Made by a program: the position numbers and the translations under genes. The notes under the pieces were generated by a model that had not been told where the DNA came from, made no database searches, and saw only the letters and a program-made list of their open reading frames with translations. A stretch of 35,272 nt of DNA from Chiloscyllium plagiosum (Eukaryota): the NCBI RefSeq assembly GCF_004010195.1, contig NC_057720.1, positions 36,824,334 through 36,859,605 on the forward strand. Reading direction: 5' to 3'. Below are positions 31,701-35,272 of this stretch, in pieces; position 1 is the stretch's first letter, and each line of letters starts with the position of its first letter.

Positions 31701-33309
31701 TCATGAGTCAAATAGTAGAAACTCTCCCTTTAATTTCTCTGTCATTTTTTCCTACTATCCTAAAGATATCAAACCCCAATTTATATTTTTCCCAAAACCC
31801 AAGATGCAGAAGTCCAATTTTGGAGAATTGCAGAAAAGAAAATCTCCCTAATGATCCCTTGAAATTGTCATTTTCTGGGAACTGCACCATTTCTACGCAA
31901 TCTTCAGATCTCTGGGAGCAGGGATTGCAGGAATCCAGTCCAGACTGATCAAATCTCCAGAATTGTTTGATCTAAATGGTGACATTATAGATCACCTTGA
32001 TCCTCTGGTTCAATATGTTTCAAAGGCAGAACATGCTAGTATCTAACCATATGTCATGATAGGCCAAATGTGATCAACCAGTAAAATAATATTTCAATTT
32101 GATGTTGCAGAGAATTGCTCCTTATGCTTGCCTAACAAAGAATCCTGGGTTGGTAGTCTCGGGGTAATGAACTTCCCAAGGAAAGCTGCAAAGAAACTAC
32201 CACGAGCAGAGCGAACACTGACCTGTGTAGTTACACGGAAGAGGAATGCTGGTGATGCAGAAGAATACTTCCTAGTTCAGAGACCTAACATCGGTAACTA
32301 CTGTCAACTGAAAACAATTTGAGTGGAGATGGTGTGGGAAAAGAGATTTGTAATTCTGTTATATTTGCTTCAGTAAGGCTTTAGAATAAAAGCAATAGTA
32401 GTTAAAGAAAACAGTAGCTTGAAGTGTATATGATACTGGAATCAATATCTTCCCATTTGGTATCTGAGAACATATTGTGCTAAATTAATGCGAACTCCAA
32501 TAGCAAGTGAAGAGACTTCGCAATGTGCTAAGCTAAACTCAGTATTTAATTACTGCATATACATCGAAGGGCGCACAAATATGAAGCATACGGATTCCTG
32601 ACACAAGGCAAATATTGGTAGTTTCCATCAGAGGAAGTAGAATGTCATATGTGAATGGTAGATGTATTATCAATGAAAATGTAATTGATAATTGATCATC
32701 TTCCGTTTTCTTTTCTTTGAAACCATTCATTCATTTTGTTGTGTCTTTCTGATTGCCAGGACTGTTAGCTGGAATGTGGGAGTTCCCCAGCATTCTGTTG
32801 GAGTCTGAGATGACAGAAAAGGAACAGAAATGCAAGATTTTAGATCGGCTTACAGAATTATTGGGGAGTTCAGTTACAGAGAAAAATTTTCAATTTTTGG
32901 GGGAGGTGAGTTTGCAAGTATTGCTAACTAAAAATAGAGGTCACAATCAATTTCTGGAGAACAGAAAAGGATTAATTGCATCAAAGTAAAGAAAATGTCT
33001 TTTCAGCATTGTTGTCCAGCACCTAGATATCTAAATGTGATTGGTATAATTTTGCAGCTTTTATTGACATCAGCCAACTAATGCATGGACTGCGTAATAT
33101 CAAGATGGATTAGTCATTTTATTTTTTCCTACTTTTTGTAGGTAGTACATATCTTTTCTCACATTCACCAGACCTACGTCGTGTACAGTAACTCACTTAA
33201 TAGCGCATCAGTCGATACTGTGAAGCAGGCGAGGACAAAGTGTCCTTCCTTCCGCTGGGTAACAAAGACCGAGTTTCAACAATCAGCTGTGTCTACAGCC
33301 ATGAAAAAG
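10624..33309 (+). CDS. MUTYH: MUTYH adenine DNA glycosylase: span of 13 coding exons, 3'-incomplete
   Basis: join(10624-10735,11014-11147,11238-11277,16494-16567,16662-16703,26501-26572,27062-27175,28977-29074,30123-30267,31474-31561,32111-32293,32760-32905,33142-33309) = 1416 nt open frame, all introns GT-AG. Motifs present: [15 protein letters not shown], Hh[14 protein letters not shown], Fe-S Cx6Cx2Cx5[11 protein letters not shown] and FSH. Confidence 0.96.
11014..11147 (+). CDS. MUTYH: MUTYH exon
   Basis: ttgcag|(E)[44 protein letters not shown]|gtatgt. Confidence 0.93.
11238..11277 (+). CDS. MUTYH: MUTYH exon
   Basis: tttttag|[13 protein letters not shown](V)|gtattg, 40 nt. Confidence 0.93.
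11880..14220 (-). mobile_element. Old CR1-clade LINE (minus strand, ~12015-14220) preceded by a short plus-strand CR1 3' end
   Basis: [19 protein letters not shown]...[66 protein letters not shown]. Many stops and frameshifts. Confidence 0.85.
12790..13088 (+). mobile_element. tRNA-derived SINE inserted in CR1
   Basis: A-box-like agcttagtgg, B-box-like ggtttgaatcc and a tgaatgaat tail. Interrupts CR1 sequence. Confidence 0.55.
14290..15440 (+). mobile_element. Old CR1 fragment (plus strand) split by a younger minus-strand CR1
   Basis: ggaagcagttcagagatggtttactag...tctagaatt [insertion] gagtcatacttttaaaataaggggtcacccgtttaagacagagatgagg is colinear CR1 ORF2 3' sequence. Confidence 0.7.
14630..15155 (-). 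mobile_element. 5'-truncated CR1 3' end
   Basis: [28 protein letters not shown]...[18 protein letters not shown]. Highly similar to 8963-9490 and flanked by gagtcata direct repeats. Confidence 0.88.
15680..16310 (+). pseudogene. Decayed PIF/Harbinger (HARBI1-like) transposase fragment
   Basis: Manual translation gives [16 protein letters not shown]...[42 protein letters not shown]...[13 protein letters not shown]...[10 protein letters not shown]. This matches Harbinger motifs (AL.F.A.G.FQ..GD..GISQ, F..IAGFP, NRKG.HS). Confidence 0.8.
16494..16567 (+). CDS. MUTYH: MUTYH exon (catalytic Glu)
   Basis: cacag|(V)[24 protein letters not shown]|gtaaaa, 74 nt. Confidence 0.97.
16662..16703 (+). 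CDS. MUTYH: MUTYH exon
   Basis: ttttcag|[14 protein letters not shown]|gtaaag, 42 nt. Confidence 0.96.
17499..18201 (-). repeat. Complete 3' LTR (703 bp) of the Gypsy element
   Basis: TGTTATGA...TCATAACA terminal inverted repeat, with an adjacent polypurine tract (cctccctctct at 18202-18212 on the plus strand). Confidence 0.85.
18691..18730 (-). ncRNA. Minimal hammerhead ribozyme motif (antisense copy)
   Basis: Exact reverse complement of 20004-20043. Confidence 0.7.
18887..19700. other. Assembly gap (814 N)
   Basis: Run of n, flanked by mutually inverted PLE sequence. Confidence 0.99.
20004..20043 (+). ncRNA. Minimal hammerhead ribozyme motif (sense to MUTYH)
   Basis: GCA-CTGAAGA-T-GTCACCT-AGAC-AGGGGAC-GAAAC-GTT-TGC: intact CUGANGA/GAAA core, stem II with one mismatch, palindromic AACGTT stem III and a 3-bp stem I. 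Confidence 0.72.
21115..21512 (-). repeat. Partial 5' LTR of the Gypsy element
   Basis: Diverged direct copy of ~17785-18201 (tagattggct.tccaggtca...agtagctggagcaca...ttttactctc), ending ccataaca. Confidence 0.85.
21640..25800. repeat. 39-bp minisatellite (~4.2 kb) with 78-, 104- and 195-bp higher-order zones
   Basis: Unit GCYGACATCGYGCATGTGYGTAACGGCACAAAGACCAGC. Perfect A/B alternation at ~23486-25080, 27/38/39-bp variants at ~22320-23485, and degenerate edges. Confidence 0.98.
26501..26572 (+). CDS. MUTYH: MUTYH exon (GLGYY wedge motif)
   Basis: ttgcag|[24 protein letters not shown]|gtattg, 72 nt. Confidence 0.97.
27062..27175 (+). CDS. MUTYH: MUTYH exon (helix-hairpin-helix)
   Basis: ctcatag|[38 protein letters not shown]|gtgaag, 114 nt. 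Confidence 0.97.
27225..27415 (-). mobile_element. PLE-derived tail with a hammerhead motif (27284-27311)
   Basis: Minus strand reads CTGATGA-A-GGGC-TTTT-GCCC-GAAAC-ATC...ggatgctgcctgacctgctgtgcttttccagcaccac. Same family as 7146-7231. Confidence 0.75.
27826..28360 (-). mobile_element. CR1 3' fragment
   Basis: gaccataagatataggagcagaa tail and tgcacacaatactccaaatg, homologous to 12015-12500. Confidence 0.75.
28420..28690 (-). mobile_element. Ancient SINE with Deu-domain-like sequence (SacSINE1/AmnSINE1-like)
   Basis: Minus strand reads aaagatcccatggcactatttcaaagaaga...gccaatatttatccctca...gggaacttaccgtgtgcaaattggct. Recognised from memory of the DeuSINE consensus. Confidence 0.5.
28977..29074 (+). 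CDS. MUTYH: MUTYH exon (catalytic Asp)
   Basis: ttgtag|[32 protein letters not shown](W)|gtacga, 98 nt. Confidence 0.97.
29247..29575 (+). mobile_element. HE1-like SINE
   Basis: agtggttagcactgctgccgcaaagcgccagagacccaggttcagttcccg through to a (taatc)n tail. Confidence 0.88.
29636..29875. mobile_element. Head-to-head inverted PLE tails with a hammerhead motif (29742-29771)
   Basis: ~100-bp inverted arms around ttggg at ~29736-29740. The plus arm reads CTGAGGA-A-GGGTCA-CT-TGACCT-GAAAC-ATT. Confidence 0.72.
30123..30267 (+). CDS. MUTYH: MUTYH exon ([4Fe-4S] cluster loop)
   Basis: gacag|[48 protein letters not shown]|gttggt, 145 nt. Confidence 0.97.
31474..31561 (+). CDS. MUTYH: MUTYH exon (interdomain connector)
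   Basis: ttccag|[29 protein letters not shown]|gtaaga, 88 nt. Confidence 0.92.
32111..32293 (+). CDS. MUTYH: MUTYH exon (Zn-linchpin Cys, start of NUDIX-like domain)
   Basis: ttgcag|(E)[60 protein letters not shown]|gtaact, 183 nt. Confidence 0.94.
32760..32905 (+). CDS. MUTYH: MUTYH exon
   Basis: gccag|(G)[48 protein letters not shown]|gtgagt, 146 nt. Confidence 0.96.
33142..33309 (+). CDS. MUTYH: MUTYH exon (FSH 8-oxoG recognition loop)
   Basis: ttgtag|[16 protein letters not shown]...[20 protein letters not shown]|gtaaag, 168 nt. Confidence 0.96.
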
Positions 33310-33640
33310 GTAAAGCTCTGGTTGTGCTTAGCTCTGGAATTGGGTGAGTGGCATAGGTGAGGGGACAAAGAAAGGAAAGGGTTCCATTGCTGAGAGCACT
33401 TGTAAGCTGGAAGATTATAACTTGAAGGTTCCTGTCTGATGATTTGCTACATCTGAGTAGCTTCTATCTTATTAAAGCACTATTTTGCTTTCTTTCCATG
33501 GGCAATATATTGTGCATAAATGTGGGGTCTCAGAAGTCCTCAATTTTAAATTGAAGGAACAGTTTTCAAAAGATTGACAAAAGAACCAGAGCAAACATAA
33601 GACAAAAACTCTCGTGCGACAGATGGTTAGGATTTGGAAT

Positions 33641-33755
33641 GTTATGAGGAGGGGTCACCGGACCCAAAATGCTAACTCTGATTTCTTTTCACAGATGCTT
33701 CCAGACCTCTGAGCTTTTGCAACAATATCTGTTTGTTTCTGATTTATAGCATTCA
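33641..33755 (+). mobile_element. Decayed PLE tail within an old CR1 fragment
   Basis: gttatgaggaggggtcaccggacccaaaatgctaactctgatttc...agatgcttccagacc, homologous to 29741-29850. Confidence 0.6.
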
Positions 33756-34004
33756 GGATTTAAAATGTGTTGCCAGCTTGGCTGATGTATATTGATTTAG
33801 AAATAGCCTTCAAAAGGGAGTTGGATATTTACTTGAAGGAGAAAATATTACAAAATTTCAGGGAAGGACAGCGGGCTAACAGAATGGGTCTCTAGAATGA
33901 CCAGCATGAGCTCTGACCAATTTGTGATACTGCACTAGTCTATGGTTCAAAGCAGCAGTGAGTAGAGAAATTGAGGTTTGAAATAAGGAAGAATAGAGTT
34001 TTAA

Positions 34005-34305
34005 GGGCAGCTCAGTGGTTAGCACTGTTGCCTCACAGCGCCAGGAACCCGGGTTAGATTCCCGCCTCGGGCAACTGTCTGTGTGGAGTTTGCACATTCT
34101 CCCCGTGTCTGCGTGGGTTTCCTCCGGGTGCTCTGGTTTCCTGTCACAGTCCAAAGATGTGCAGGTCAGGTGAATTGGCCATGCTAAATTGCTGAGTGTT
34201 AGGTGCATTAGTCAGGGGGAATGGGTCTGGGTGGGTTACTCTTTGGAGGGTCGGTGTGGACTTGTTGGGCTGAAGGGCCTGTTTCCATATAGTAGCGAAC
34301 CTAAA
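34005..34305 (+). mobile_element. HE1-like SINE
   Basis: gctcagtggttagcactgttgcctcacagcgccaggaacccgggttagattcccg, close to the other two copies. Confidence 0.88.
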
Positions 34306-34519
34306 TAATGACCATTATAGTTTCTGTATGTGGACCTGAATAAGATTAACTAATGACTGTGAGGTCTTTCTTCATTCATACTCACTAATGATCTAAGTTC
34401 TGTCACTGGGATTGTGATGGTATTGTGATTTTAGAATTGTGAGTCCACTGGTCATGGTGCTGTACTGGGAATAAATAGTCTTGTAGCCTAGTGTAAATAT
34501 ACCCCTGAATCCCCAAACA

Positions 34520-35272
34520 TCAATTCATTGTAATGGTAAGAGAGGTAGGCACCTGGGGAGGAGTCATTTGTGGATATACCCATTTCAAACAGGTATGCTG
34601 TTTTGGAAAATGTAGGCGTGATGGATTCTCAGGGGAACGTAGCACGAACAGCCAAGTTTCTGGTATTGAGACTGGCTCTAATGCAACGAAGGGTACGTCA
34701 GCTTCCAAGATATTAATTGTGTTAGGGGATTGTGTAGTCTGAGGTACAGACAGACATTTCTGTGGCCAGCAGAGAAAAAGCAGAATGGTGTGTTGCTTCC
34801 CTGCTGCCAGGGTTAAGGATGTCTCAGAGAGGGTGCAGAATGTTCTCACGGAGGAGAGGGGCCAGCAAGAGATCATTGTCCCCATTGGACCCATCGATAT
34901 AGGAATGGAAAAGGTTGAGATTCTGAAGGGAGATTACAGAGAGTTAGGCAGAAATTTAAAAAGGAGGTCCTCAAGGGGAGTAATATCTGGATTACTATGA
35001 GCTAGTGAGGGCAGGAATTGGAGGATAGAGCAGATGAATGCATGGCTGAGGAGCTGGTGTATGGGAGAAGGATTCACATTTTTGGATCATTGGAATCTCT
35101 TTTGGGGTTGAAGTGACCTGTATAAGAAGGACGGATTGCACCTAAATTGGAAGGGGACTAATATACTGGCAGGGAAATTTGCCAGAACTGCTTGGGAGGA
35201 TTTAAACTAGTAAGGTGGGGGGGCAGGACCCAGGAAGATAGTGAGGAAAGAGATCAATCTGAGACTGGTACA
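34520..35272 (+). mobile_element. CR1-clade LINE ORF1 remnant with an SGNH/esterase domain (runs off the window)
   Basis: LIVLGDCVV*GTDRHFCG...MVCCFPAARVKDVSERVQ...IIVPIGPIDIG...KKDGLHLN correspond to the decayed GDS, GTND and DGLH blocks. Confidence 0.82.

Noticed and set aside
34330..34430. Intronic C/D box snoRNA
   Set aside because: Only partial ATGA-type boxes are present; no convincing C/D pair with a terminal stem.

Overview
This is vertebrate genomic DNA, most likely from a shark or other elasmobranch, based on HE1-type SINEs, shark-type CR1 LINEs and abundant Penelope-like fragments. It holds the head-to-head TOE1/MUTYH locus. Two TOE1 coding exons lie on the minus strand (5600-5845), followed by a CpG-enriched bidirectional promoter region (~6.7-7.5 kb). 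Thirteen consecutive, phase-consistent MUTYH coding exons lie on the plus strand (10624-33309; 1416 nt, 472 codons), and the last exons fall beyond the window. The introns are dominated by decayed transposons: CR1, SINEs, Penelope-like elements, Gypsy/LTR and Harbinger. The most striking structure is in the 9.8-kb intron 16704-26500, where a TA-flanked, TIR-bounded DNA-transposon-like element (17328-25972) contains (i) a deleted Gypsy element, itself interrupted by a palindromic Penelope-like insertion with hammerhead ribozyme motifs and an 814-N gap, and (ii) a ~4.2-kb 39-bp minisatellite with higher-order zones. The very long ORFs in the track are artefacts of this array and of the N gap. 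I found no clearly new system; the leads below are unusual arrangements of known parts.
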